A DNA stretch of 64,000 bases from the human T2T-CHM13v2.0 reference genome, Homo sapiens. The notes beneath the pieces were generated by a model that had not been told where the DNA came from, ran no database searches, and saw nothing but the letters and a program-made list of their open reading frames with translations. Position 1 is the stretch's first letter; each line of letters starts with the position of its first letter. A program made the position numbers and the translations under genes. The stretch lies in the NCBI RefSeq assembly GCF_009914755.1, contig NC_060935.1; one strand, given 5' to 3'. Shown here piece by piece: positions 1-12,640 of the stretch.

Positions 1-294
1 GGGCATGGATCTCTCTGTTTCCTCCTCCTCTTTCTTGCCAGTCTGCGATACAATCCTCACCCATACCTCTGGCACTTCCCACTATAGTCCCACACCAGCC
101 TCCTCACCAAAGCCCTGGAGGTGAGCAGGACAGAGGCTCCCAGGGAGTAGGCCCTGCCCAGGGCCACACAGAGAGCTGGTGGCAGAGCTCAGAGGGCCAA
201 CCTGGGAGACAGGCTCTAACTCCAGCCCCCAGGTCCCAGCTACTGGATACCCAGCTCTGGGCCCCTTCCTCCCCCACCCACTGCCCCTACTCAC

Positions 295-398
295 CAGTTG
301 AATTCATCATAGTCATTGTGGACTTCCCACCAGAAGTAAAGCCAGGTGAGCGTGAGGCCAAAGGTGAAGGTGAGGAGCAGGAACCAGAGGCGCTCCCA
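295..398 (-). CDS. GDPD5: GDPD5 coding exon (exon 4; aa 40-74, first transmembrane helix)
   Basis: Minus strand: polypyrimidine ...ctctgctcttcCAG acceptor (AG at 400-399), then 104 nt translating WERLWFLLLTFTFGLTLTWLYFWWEVHNDYDEFN+TG, then donor GTGAGT at 294-289. Phase 0 matches the upstream exon ending in CCG. The peptide is recognised as GDE2/GDPD5. Confidence 0.97.
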
Positions 399-524
399 CT
401 GGAAGAGCAGAGGAGGAGGGGATTAAGTGGGTCAGGGGCCAGCCCCTTAGGCTGCCTCCCACCAGAATGTGTCCTCCTCCCTCCCACTTTGTAGCCAAAC
501 CTGCCAGGCAGGAATTCCTGCCCT

Positions 525-875
525 CTTTACCCTGGGAGAAACTGAGGTTCAGAGAGGGGAAGTGACCTGTCCACCATCACCAAGCCCAAAGTCACAGAAA
601 GGTGGAGAGCCAGGGGCAGTCAGGGCCTCCCCCCCTGGGGCTGTGCTCTTTTTACTGTGGTCTGCAGCCTTTCCATCGTGTACTGCTCTCCCTATTCTGG
701 GGACGGCTCCCTTGGCGCTGGCACAGTGATCGGCAGTCTGTGAAGTCACATCCCTCACACACATGCCTACAAAGCAGGCACTCTTCTTCTCCACCTCTAC
801 CCCGTGCTACCGAGAAAAACACTGAGGCCCAGAGAGGCCAAGTGACTTGCCCAGGTCACACAGCAAGTTAGCAGA
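525..875. mobile_element. Two MIR SINE fragments
   Basis: MIR core 'aaactgagg(c/t)(t/c)cagagagg...aagtgact(t/c)gcccaggtcacacagc' at ~535-600 and ~815-875. Confidence 0.8.
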
Positions 876-1704
876 GGATTAAGGAAGAAGTACAGAAGTG
901 CCATGTTCTGCTGCCTCCACTGGGCCAGATACCCCTGTCTCCAGCCAGGTGGAAGTGGGGTGGCGGGGGACACTGACACCACCACTGCTGTTTCCTGAGG
1001 GGCCAGCTCAGGCGTCTGCAGGCACTTCCTCCTGGCCCTCCAATTTCTCCCTGCTTTCATCCGTCCCCTTATCTTGGAAGCACAAAAAGCTTGGAATATC
1101 CTGCATCCCGGGAAACTGCTGAGATCATCAGAACAAGTCAACAGCCCTTGAGGGGAGGTCAGTGTGAGGAAGAACCAAGACTACATTTCCCTTGAGGGTG
1201 TAAAGTCACAGAGGCAGCCCTACGTCTGAGCTCCCTGCTATGTTTCTAAACCATCCCAGTTTAACCTCTTCATGGCTCCTTACTGATAGCCAAGCAGGAG
1301 TGTGGCCCCCTGACCTCTCCAGCTTCGACCTACACAACCAGTTCCTGCAACCTGGAAGGGCCACTGCCTCTGGGCTTGTTCCCTGAACATTCCCACTCAC
1401 CTTTCAAGTCAGCTCAAATATCACTGCTTCTGTGAAGCCTCCCTGGATTCACCCTGCTACCCTCGTGCCTGCCGCGGTGCGCCCGCAGCATTGGCATCCC
1501 TCTGTCTAAACTCACGCTCTGCACACCATGACCTGCTCACTGTGTCCCCCAGACAAGTGTGGGTTCTGCAAGGACAGAGACTGAGCCGACTTCCACTCTA
1601 CTAGTACTTTATGACCACATGCAGGATTGGGCAGGAAGGAGGGAAAGTCTTCTCACTGTCCAGAATCCTTCCATCCCACACCATGCAAAGATACCATCAG
1701 TCTG

Positions 1705-1885
1705 CCCAGGAACCTCAGATCCCTGTCACCACTTACAAGCTGTGTAACTCTGGGCAAAGTACTCATTCTTTCTGTGACTCAGTTTTCACCTCTATGAAAT
1801 GAGGGCAATACTAGTACTTATGCCATGGGGTTGATGGAGAATTAAATGAGATAATACAAGTCAGGTGGCTTGGTGAGCACTCAGC
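1705..1885. mobile_element. MIR SINE
   Basis: 'gctgtgtaactctgggcaaagtactc...ctcagttttcacctctatgaaatgaggg...attaaatgagataat' matches the MIR core and 3' region. Confidence 0.85.
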
Positions 1886-4160
1886 ACACTACCAGTGTAT
1901 CTGTGACATCCTCTGCCTCTCCAGAACGTAGGAAAGGCCTTCACACCCTAATGGTCCATGACTCCATACCCACTAAGGGCCTGCTCCGTGCCTCGCCCTG
2001 GGCAAGAGGGCTGGTGCCTGGGTGACCCTCCTGTCCCAGGTGGGTCACTTCAGTTGGGCGACTCATGTTTGGGTGAGCAGCTGCCACCACTCCTTGTCAT
2101 GTGCAGAGCCCGACTGCCTTGCTTAGCCTCACTTCGTACATAAACAGAGATGCAAAGGTGACGACACCCTGAGGCCCAGTATTTCTAGCAGGTTTAGGCT
2201 TGGGGAGGTGGTGGCTTCTCAGAGAGTAGGCCACTTGTGTCTGCCCCAGCTGGACACAGAATGGCACAAGCTCCAGTTCCAGGCACAGCAAAGCCCAGCC
2301 TTGGTCAGGAATAGGGAAACCCTGGCTAGGAGCAGGGCAGGACATGTGCCCTTCTAGAGCAATCGAACCCTAGGAGCTGCCACCCAGAGAATGGCTGAGT
2401 CCCTAGACTCAGTCCTGCCTCCCATGGAGGCAGTCTGGGTCTGCACATGACCGTCTCTCCACCACCCTCCAGCCAGCACCCCAGGACTAGTCCTTCTCAG
2501 AATCCGTCTTGCCACCTCAAATTCTTATTTGCTCATAACAGCCTTCATTCCCTGCAGAGTGCAGCTGGTGAGTCCCAGGCCAGCTTAAACATCTGAGTCT
2601 CCCAAAGGGTGAACCATGTCTTTAGACTGACACCCATCTGGTCACGTCATACCCCAGCTTGAGAGTCCCACTGGCAAGAGCTTCTCAGTAGATGTCAGGG
2701 CCCACTCTGTCTGGCCCAGGCCAGCTCTGTGCTTTATGCCCCATGCACAGAATTACATACGGTTCCCCAAACAGGCTCTTCAGACCCCAAGCCTTCACAC
2801 AGCTGGAGCCTCCATCTAGAAAGCAACCTTTCTCTGCTCCATGAGGCAAACTACTCCTTCCAGAGTGCCTCCTCCCTGAAGACTCCCCTGTCTCACAGGG
2901 TGAATCCCATCTCCTCAGAGCTCCGTAACCCATGCAGCCATCTCACCTATGGCTCAGACCCCACAGTTCTAGAACTGTCTCTATACATGTCGGTCTCCCT
3001 GCTATACATAAATGCCTTGAGATCTGGGCAGTTTTCGTGTTCCAGATGGCACAGGAACTTGAAAAGATTTGATAATGAAATGATAGGTGAGGAAACACCC
3101 TTTCTCCTACCCTGGCATGAGTACACCCACCCAGGAGAGATTCCCCTGAGGCTTAACACCCAGTTCCCACAAAAAAGTACCTAGTCTTCTATAGAGCCCA
3201 CGCTGGCAGTGTTAGATGGCTGTCTGTCCACAGAGACCACTTTGCCTCCTCAGGGGCAAGGCCTGTGTGCCTCTGACCAGCAGAGAAGGTTCTGAGAGGG
3301 ACCTAGGCGAGGGGTGAGCCTCGGCCTAGGATGGGTCTGGTCCCAGGCAAGTAGCCTGGAGGCGGGAAGGTAAAGCACCTCCTGTAGGCGCTGGGAAGAC
3401 GACCTGTGACCGGGGTGATGCAGGGCCCAGGGGCAAGGCTGACAGGGGGCCAGGAAGACCACAGGGGCCGGGAGGGCCCATGGCAGCCAGGGTCCTATGC
3501 CCTAAAGGCCATTGTCCTCAAGTGTCCAGATCCTTACAGTGGAGCAAGGCAGGGCAGGAATGAGGGGCTGCACCTCCCACTCCTGGGAACCAGCCAAGAC
3601 CAGAGCTGGTGGTGGTTGGGGGTGAGGCATCCAGGCATGGAAGGAATGCAGGCAGGGCCTAAGCAACAAGGAGCCAGGAACCCCATGATCAGAACTAGTG
3701 CATGAGCTGGGGTTGGGGCAACCTAGGGATTAAAGCCCTGGGAGCTGAAGCCGGAGGCCACAGTGAGCCTGTAGATGGGGATGAAGAGGCCCCAGCACAG
3801 AGGGAGGCAGGCAGCGGGGGTCACTCTAAGAACAATCAGAGGAAAACACTGAATGGCAGGGATTGGAAGGAAGGGAAGGGGAAGGTGAGGAAGTAGCCAG
3901 AGGAAGTGGCCTGGGGAGCAGCTCCACTGATAAAGAGGCCCCAATAGCACTAATGGTCCTTGTCAGGGCACATTACAGCAGAGAGAGGCCTGCCCGCTCC
4001 ACCCATTAGCAAGCCAATCTGGCCCTGCTCCCAGAGACGTGGAGCAGTGATCGCTGCCTCAATGCCCCGGCCACGGCCCTCCTTCATCTCTCACAGTCTG
4101 CATAACACTAGGGGTTGTTTATTTAGGGGTATCTACCCCCATTGCACAGAAGCTCAGAGA

Positions 4161-4340
4161 AGGGCCACCACATATGGCTGAGCAAGTTGTGCACTGCCCC
4201 CTAAGAAGTGCCACTCACATCATGGTGACCATCAATGTGCATATTATGACGATTTGCTGGCACATGGCGGGCGGGTGTGTCCTAGAAAATGGGTGCTTTT
4301 TGCTAATTTGCATAAAGGCTCAACACGGGTGAGTGGAGGG
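4161..4340. mobile_element. MER91A-like hAT-Tip100 DNA transposon inserted in a MIR
   Basis: 'agggccaccacatatggctgagcaagttgtgcactg...tattatgacgatttgctggcacatggc...gcttttt gctaatttgcataaaggc' resembles MER91A. MIR halves flank it (agctcagaga at ~4151; gatttgaacccaggc at ~4381). Confidence 0.65.
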
Positions 4341-4669
4341 GAGTCAGAGGGGTCAGCAGGTAGGGGAGGAGTGGGGATAAGATTTGAACCCAGGCATACT
4401 GACTGGACTCTGCAGGCCCCCTTGGGAGGCAGCCTGAACAGCTCCCCTCAAAACCCACCTTGCCCTCTGGGACCCAGTATGGCGATCCCAGGCCCAGCCT
4501 AGTTCCCTGGATTTCTCTCCTCCAACTCTCTGACCCCTAGGCCAGACCTGATGCTCCTTCAGGAAGCCTTTCCATCCCTCCAGGGCTCAAAAGGTCTCCC
4601 CTCCCTGACCATCCTGCACAGACTCTTGGCACCCACCACTGTGACCCTCAATCAAATTGTAATTGTGGA

Positions 4670-4840
4670 GATGGAAAGAGCACGGGCTCTAAAGAGCTGG
4701 CTCTGCCACTCAGCACGTCACTTGGCCCCTCTGAGCCTCGGTCTCCTCGTTGTAAATGGGAATAACAGCCCTTCCCTCGGAGGGAGGCTGTTAAATGAGC
4801 TGAAGGGCTTCAAGTGGCACACAGTGGGCGCATAATGAGG
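4670..4840. mobile_element. MIR SINE
   Basis: 'ggaaagagcacgggctct...ctctgagcctcggtctcctcgttgtaaatgggaataacag'. Confidence 0.8.
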
Positions 4841-5984
4841 GTGGCTCACTGGGCTGCGAGCTCCCTCAGGGCAGGGATGGCCTGAGCTGTCTCTATGTCT
4901 CCTGGGCCCAGCATCACGCCGGGCACAAGGTGGTGGTCACCTATGGCGTGAGGGATAGAAGGAGGTATGGATGTGAGACAGGGCAACAGAGGGGTGCTCA
5001 GGGCCACCAGTGGGCAGGGCCATCGTGCAAGCCCCAGACTTACCCTCAGGGAGCAGGAGAAAAGCTGAGTGGGCTGGGGCTGAGGGAGCAGCTGGCTCCT
5101 GGGGTAGGCACCAGGAGGAGTGTGCTGGAGACTGCCTAAGGAGGGACCAGACAGGGCGAGCAGCTGGGGCAGGAGTGGCCCCTGGCTGTGGATGGGGTAG
5201 GATGCTGATTCCTGCCCGAGGGGATGGAGGCTGAGGTGGGGGCTGCTGTGATGGAGAATCCTGGAGGCTCCAACCCAGAGGCCACTGCATCTCCTTCCAT
5301 TATTACCCTAACCCTCCAGAAACAGGAGCCCCTCCGTAGCAATCTGGGCAATTGTGGGTCAATTTCCCTGAAGGCCAGTCCTTCTCCTCACTGTCTCCTG
5401 AGGATGGTCATGTCTTCTCTTCACCCTTCTTTGTCTCTGTCCTGTTCCTCCCACCCCAGAGCCCTCTGTGTTCAGAGAAGAACATAGAGAAAGACCTCAT
5501 TAGCAGCGGGGGCTCATACAGTCACAGAGCACGACTGCAGCCGCAAACCCAGCCCCACACAGGAAGCATGGGCATGGCCGCTGGGGTGGGATGGCTCTGC
5601 TGCTGCCTTTTGCCACTGGCTACAGGCCCCTGCCACTGTAGACTGCAGCCCCAGGCCAAAATGCACACAGCTGCCCCTCCCACTACTAGGGATCCTGAAG
5701 GTTATGGAGCACCTCCCCTTGGTCCCTTAACAGAACATGGGGTCTGAAGTCTGCACACATCACTCTGAATGTTACAGAATTTCAGAATCGCAGAGCTCCC
5801 CTGCCTGTCCCCTTGCCCTGAGGCAGCGAGCGTGTCTGCAGCCTCCAGGACACGAGCTCACCCTACTCTACTCCACTGGCTCCTGGGAAGGGGCTTCTCC
5901 TTCCAGATGCTGCCTAGTCCTTCTGTGGACTCAAAATTCTTCCTTCCAAGACATGGAGCCTGACAACGGAAGGCTGGGTTGAGG

Positions 5985-7140
5985 GAGTCTGGCAATACTG
6001 GGTTTGAATCCCAGACTGGCCACGACTGAGTGACCTTGGGGAAGACATTTACCTTCTCTGTGCCCCAGCTTCCTGCTCTGTAAAATGGGGACAGTATCGG
6101 CATGCTGCCCAGACCACTAAAACCTCCCATGCACGGCATCTGGTGAGGCTGACCTTCCAGGCAGGGGAGTTACTGCCCTCCCCCGACGCCCCCCCCCCGG
6201 GAGGTGGAGCTGAAATCTGCCTCCTCCACTGCTCCCCTGCAGCTGGTTCTCTGATACCACACAGAACAAGGCCAGCCAAAGGGTAAGAAATATTGGGGTC
6301 AAATGACCACAGAGTGGAGAATACACAAAAGAGCTGGATTTTCACCCAGGCCCTTTTCCCACCGGCTGTGTGGCTGTAGGCCAATCGCTCAGGACCTCTG
6401 ACCTCAGCTTCCTCCTCTGTTCACAGAATGACATCACCACCACCTCACAGGAGGACTGCCAGGCCCCAGCACGATTACAGATGTAAGCTGTAAGTCGCCA
6501 AATCCAGGATCGTTCCTGTAATTATCATTTCGCGTCTGACAGCCCTTTAATTATGTGAAGACAGTGATCAAACCTTTCCTCCCTGCTCTACACCACATCT
6601 CTCCAGCTGCTGAGGACAGCCAGGTTGATTGCCTTCCCCCAACCCAGGGCGGGTGCCATGGTCAGCCAGATGCAGAGGCCAGGCCTGGCTCTGTAGGCTG
6701 TGGCCCTGGGAACCAGCACCAATAGAGGAAGAAGACCCTGGCATGGTAGCTGCCCAATCTCACTCACAGGCTGCATCCCGGGCTGTGGGGAACAGAGTCC
6801 TGTGTGAGCTCACCATGGCATTGGGGGTGGGTGGGGATGGTAATCCTAAGAGCCCTTTACTTGCTCCATCTCATCATCCCCACAGTTCTGCAAAGCAGAG
6901 GAGACCAAGTCACAGAGGAAGGAAGGGACTTGCCCAAAGTCACAAAGGGCACACATAATGGTGGAACCACAATTCACAACCAGGTCTGTGTACCTCCAGT
7001 GTCCCCAGCTGTCTCGGGGCAACAAGGAGCAGGAAATGTAAATTATCCTTGTCTGACCAAGGTGGAAACAGGCTCAGAGGGACAGGGCCTTGCCCAAGGT
7101 CACACTTCGAGTCACAGGCTGCGCCAGAGCAGGGACCCTG
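5985..7140. mobile_element. Cluster of four MIR fragments (~5985-6100, 6330-6490, 6860-7000, 7040-7140)
   Basis: Repeated MIR cores such as 'gggtttgaatcccagac...gtgaccttggggaag...tctgtaaaatgggg' and 'gacttgcccaa(a/g)gtcaca'. Confidence 0.75.
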
Positions 7141-7279
7141 GGATTTCAGAGTTAACTAAGATGCCAGAGATTATCTCGCCTCATCTCCTAAAGATCCAAC
7201 TAAGAAGTGGTGATACTTCGATCTAAAGAAGGAGAATGGCCTGGAAATGTGGGCAAGAGATTAGGACATTAGCATATTA

Positions 7280-8330
7280 GTGGAAAAATGATGGGGAATT
7301 CAACTTATGGTGTTGGGACATCTGGATATTTGGTAACAACTGTAATTAGACCCCTGCCTCACACCCCGTACCAAACTAAATCTGTGTCTCTCCTCTACAT
7401 CCTCACCACCCTTCTCTTCCAGTCATCTACGTACACGTGTTGAGCCCTTAGACACTCAGAGATAAATCAGGCCACCCTGAGCCAAGACTGGCAGCAAATA
7501 GCTCCACTCCTGGGAATTGGTGTGGTGAGCAGGGCAAACACAGGTTGCTTAGGAGCTCAGAGCCCGGATCCTTAACATTGTCAGTTATAGGAGGAGGGGT
7601 GAGCTAGAAGCCTTCCTGGAGGAGAAGACACCTGCAGCAAAGTGGAAGGAAAGGACTTATTGAGAGAACAAGGTTGGGAAACCTCAAGCCAGACAGAGAA
7701 AAGGAGCAGAGGGCGTGAAGGCACAGAGCAAAGCAGGCTTTATTTTGGGGAACTGGCTCTTTATGGGCTTATAAAAGCTTTCCTTATGTAAGAGAATTAG
7801 CCTTCGTACACACTGTATATTTTTTCTTATATATCATTTGAATTAATTTTATTTATCATGCTTTCTGTGCAGAAATTTAAATTTTTATGTAGTCAAATCT
7901 ATCCCTCTTTTCCTTTATACATTTTGCCTTTGGTATTGGATTTAAGAAGGGTGGCCCAATATCATATATTTAAGTAATATTTTACACCCACGATTTCTCG
8001 GCTTCATTGCTTACATTTCAATCTGCAATCCACCCATCCATCGACATCCATCTATATATAGTTCCATATGGATGTCACGTGTGCGGAGAGAGGTTTAAAA
8101 GCCTTATCTCTAAAGCATGAAGACTAGAATTTCTTTTACATCTTTCCAAGTTGTTTAAATTTTTTCAACAAATGTATGCCTTCAAAATGGGAAAAAAATT
8201 TTAAAAATAGAAAAAAATACATCTTAATCCATCTGGAATTTATTTTGGTGTGAAGTAAAAGGCAGGGATCTAATTTTACTTTCACCAAATGGATGCTTCA
8301 GCTGTCCCTACATCATTTGTGATACTGGTA
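7280..8330. mobile_element. Old L1M fragments (short + strand ORF2-end piece ~7280-7385; L1ME-like minus piece ~7765-8330) with an L2 remnant between
   Basis: 'atggtgttgggacatctggata...tagacccctgcctcacacc' and AT-rich 'aaatttttatgtagtcaaatcta...aatccatctggaatttattttggtgtg...gggatctaatttt' are typical L1 ORF2/3' UTR signatures. Confidence 0.7.
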
Positions 8331-10209
8331 GTAATTTCTACATTTGTTCACCACACAGTGAGTTCTCAGATGCCTGTGGTTGTGTTTCCAGGTTTTCCAA
8401 CCTGGCCCAAGGCAGCCCTTTCCCCCTTGTGCGGGCTCTGCCTGGCACAGCTCCTTTCTGCTCAGCCAAGCCCTCTCCCCAGTGGTTCCAGCTCTTCTTT
8501 GAGGTCCCAGAGCCCAGCTGCACCCTCAGCACACGGTCCTACAGAGACCAAGAGGGAGAGACTGAAGAGTGCCTACTCCTGAATCTGCCACCTGCAAGCC
8601 AAATCTTGGGCACCTCAGCTCTTCCAATGGTCAGCCTGTTCCACCTTCACCAAGTTCCAAATGAGGGGACTGATGCACGGGAAAGCCTGGGAAATGTCAG
8701 CTGGAAAGGGTGCAGGGAGCTCCCAAAAGGGAGAGATGGGCAGGCTATGGCAGGATTACCCTGGCCCTGATCCGGGAGATTTGGGGGAGGTGGTGGCCTG
8801 GGGAGGTTGAAGAGATATTGCAGCATTAGGGCCGAGCAGGGAAAGGGATTAGAATCCCCACCCCCAGCCGGCTCCTGACAGCCTAAGAGGCTGGATTTAT
8901 TTTTCTGGACTACAGAGAGCTGGGCAATCAGGCCTCTGTCCTTGCTTCTGCTGGGGTGCATTGCACTCAGAGTGGTTCATTAGGCAGGAGAATGCAATTA
9001 AGTCCTGCCTGGGGCACCCTGTCTCTCCCAGCCTATCCCTTGGCTGGCATCAGCCCCTTGGGGAGACATGAGCAGAAGGGCTGAGGGGCCCTTAGGAAGA
9101 ACCATCCCAGATCCCTACATAGGACCCTGACCACGTCACAGGGTGGGTGGTGATAGTCCCCTGGTAATGCCCCATCTCCTGCCCCACCCTTGCTCAAGGT
9201 GTTCATAGAGTGTCATCAACAAGACTTAGCCACTTCCCCTGGAGCGTGACGTGGTCATGCCAGGTGCCCTTGGTGCTATTCCAAGAGGAGCTAGGCAGGG
9301 TGTGGGGGTTTCCTAAGGCAAGAGACAGCATGGCTTTATTGCAGCGATAAATCCCCACCTCCTCATGCTGCAACAAACCAGCCCCTCCTCTCTCTCTCTT
9401 GTGGATGTAATAATATCATCTCCTAGTTTCTTATCCTTATAGGAATCCTGCAGTTTTAGAAGTGGGAAAAATAAAGCTCAGAGGGCCTCTCTCTCACCCC
9501 TGCCGGGTCTCTTTTCCTCAAAGCGCTGAAGGAGAGAAAGCCATCACTTTGAAAGTTTGTAGGGAGGGCACGTTTTCTGCAGGGTTGGAACAATGGTCTC
9601 TTTGGTACAAGACAGGAGGCACATTCCTATCCATGATCTAATTGTATCTGTAGGACATAGATGTGTACCTCCACTTAACCCACAAGCAAGCTCAGGCCCA
9701 GAGAGGGTCTGGGCCTGACCTGAGATCACACACTCAGTCACTGGGAGGCAGGGTCAAGTTCAGGCTGCAGCTCCCTTGCCAGGAATGCCCAGTGGCATCT
9801 GGCTCAATCCAGCCACACCCTGGAGCCCATCTCAAGGCTGCTTCATCCCTGAAGCCTGCCCTGATTTCCTGAGTGGGATCCATTCTTTCCAGCTCCATAT
9901 CCTGGACACAAATCCACATGGCTGACAGGACAAAAAGTGGGGGCCAGCTGGGAAACTCATCTCTTCCTCCCTCTTGTGCACTGGCAGAGCCCAATCCCAG
10001 CTCCCAGGGTGATCTGGGAGGTCCCTCTGGCTGAGGCAGCACCCTCCACTGCCAACCACCACCAGGAGCACAGGAGGCAGCACCAAGAACACAGCACACA
10101 CCCGTCCGCACATGTACGCCTACATTCTCTGACAGCTCATTAGGGGTCCGGCTGCCCCACCTGGTCAGCAAGATGGCAGTCACATCCCCTAACCGCTTCC
10201 TCACTCACT

Positions 10210-11545
10210 CATGAACACATATGCTCAATCCTCCTTCCAGTTGTTCATTCAGTAAATCTTGTCCGAGGACCTCCTCTGAGTCAGGTCCCTGGAGTGTGCA
10301 GGCCCAGACGCTATCCTAAAGAGTCCAGTGGGAAACAAAAAATCACAATCCACATGGCCAGCACAGGTCAACCTGCTGTGGAACCCCAGGGGAGTGAGGA
10401 AGGTGGGGAGAGAGAGCAGTGAGGAGAGAAAGGAAGGAGGAGGGCTATTTTTTGGCAGAAGTTGGGGGCATGGAGGGGGATTTGCAATGAGTCTTAAGGG
10501 GCAGGGAGGAGAAAGACAGGGCATTCCAAGCAGAGGGAATGGCAGGAGCAAAGGCCCAGTGCTGTGAAGGGTGAGGTTATCCTGTGGATGCGGAGAAGCT
10601 CAGGGTGGCTGGCGTGGACGAGCATGGAGGGGAAGGGGCAGAGGAGCTGGGGATGGATTTCCCTACACCGAGTGTCTTCCTGCCAGGGTAGGGTGATGGG
10701 GGGCTCTCATCATATCTCATCATAGAAGGCAGGCAACTGGGGTTAGGGAGGCTTATTTGTCTGTTCTGCCCACCCTTCCTGTGCTATTCCTGGACTCTAC
10801 TGAGAACGCTGTACTCTCACTCGCTCCTGGGGCACAGCATGTGTTCCCATCTCCAGGATGGGCCTCCATCCACCCACGCTGGGCATCATGGGAGGATGGG
10901 AGGATGGGATTCACTGTCAGACACTCCTTCCTCTGCACCTCAGTCCACAGCCAGTCCGTTGATACCTTCTAGGTGTCTCTGGAATGCCTCCCCAGCCTGC
11001 ATCCCTGTGTATACCTCCTCACTCCCCACATAGACACCTGAGGCCTCACTGGCCCTCCCACCTCCACCTGAGGGCCCTCAGCATCCTCCACAATTTGACC
11101 ACAGTGTTCCTCACACAGCCCGAGCCTGGCTCAGGCCCCCGCTGCCCAGGATGAAGCCTAGACTCCTTAATACAGCTTCAGGCTCAGGCCCACTGAGCAG
11201 CACCCTTCCCCGTCCCTGCACCTGAGCCGGTGGACTGAATTCCTTTCAGTTCCTGAACACAAGACACTCTCTTGTGCACACAGTTCCCCCTACCCTGAAC
11301 ACTTCCCTGGTCTGTGGAGATGGGGCCGATACTCCCAGAGGCCAGCTCGGGCAAGCCTTCCCTGCCCCCAGGGTTTCCCCAGGCCTCCAAAATGATCGAC
11401 CTGGGTGGTCCAGGTGTGTCTGATCTTGTCTGTTCCCCCACAAGCCTGGGGGCCGGCCCTTCAAGGGAGGGGAAAACCAGGTCTGATATACTTATGACCC
11501 CAGAGCAGGTAGCAGGACAGGTTTGTTGATTGAATAAGTAATCAG
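10210..11545. mobile_element. L2 LINE remnants (two pieces, opposite orientations)
   Basis: 'ttcattcagtaaat...gagtcttaagggg...ggcattccaagcagagggaatggcaggagcaaaggcc' and 3' end 'gtttgttgattgaataa'. Confidence 0.65.
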
Positions 11546-12489
11546 GGCACCCCAGACAAGACTGTTTGGTGTGGAACAGATGAGAAGGCACAGGCCTGGG
11601 GGTGTGAGTGGGGTCAGTGCAGGCTGTGCCCTCAGCCCCTTGGCCTGAATAACTCCCTTGCTCTTCCTGGAGGAAATCAATTAAGATTATAGCAGCCTTC
11701 AAAAGGTAAATGTACTACAGAAGTGCAAGAATCGGCTATGGTAGTCTGTCTCTTTCAATGTCTCTGGCTGGGAAGTTCCTCCAGGCATCTGACCTATATC
11801 CCTCTCTATAGAGAAGCTGGTTTTGACACTGCCTTTTGCAGACACAGTCTTCAGGGGACCCTGTGGGGATGGCCTGAGAACAGTCTTCTGTCCTACCAAG
11901 TCCTTAATTGGCAGTATTAGAGTAATGAGTCACAGACAACAACCAATTAATTATCCCCAGTTATAAAAAGCTCTACTTCCCCTTCCTGGCTGTTGAGTGA
12001 GCCTGGCCTCCTGCTGCCAGGCTCCTCCACTCCTCAGAACTGGGGGCAAGAGAAGAGGCCATTTCACCTCTCTGGTCCTTGGTTTCCTGCTTCTTTATTT
12101 GTTAAGCGTGTATCCTGGGGGACTGGGGGGCAAAGGCTTGGAAGAGGTGGGAATGTGTCAGGCTGGGGGGCAGGAAGGAGGGAGACCAGCGTGGATGGAG
12201 AGGAAGGGGCCCTTCCCAGGCTCTCTCCACGCACCCTCTCCACTCCCAGGATCCACTTCAGGGCCCAGGGCTGGATCATAACCAGGGAAACACTGAGGAT
12301 TCCAAGCCTGGCATTCAAGGCCACTCCCCATCTTGTCCCAAATGCTCCTGGTCCAGTGCTCTTTCTCCTCCATCAGGCAACTTCCCAAGTCCCCTTGCCT
12401 TTCTTCTTCCAGCAAACTCTCACTTAAACCCACATCTTCAACACACGCTATCTTCCCTAGTCTCCAGCAGTTTAGGCTGCAAATCTATC

Positions 12490-12640
12490 ATCAGCCTGTG
12501 TGACTGATTTCTCCATCTGTAAAATGGGCACACAATTAAACATGGCCCATGGAGATGTTACAACAATGACTAGGGCAATGCATGTAAACTGTTTGCTCCC
12601 TGCATACAGTAGGTACTCAATAAATGTTAACAGATACTAT
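12490..12640. mobile_element. MIR SINE
   Basis: 'tttctccatctgtaaaatggg...catgtaaa...acagtaggtactcaataaatgttaac'. Confidence 0.85.

Noticed and set aside
10705-10724. 10-bp tandem duplications (tctcatcata x2; also gctgttccaa x2 at 62932-62951)
   Set aside because: Ordinary slippage events with no evident function.
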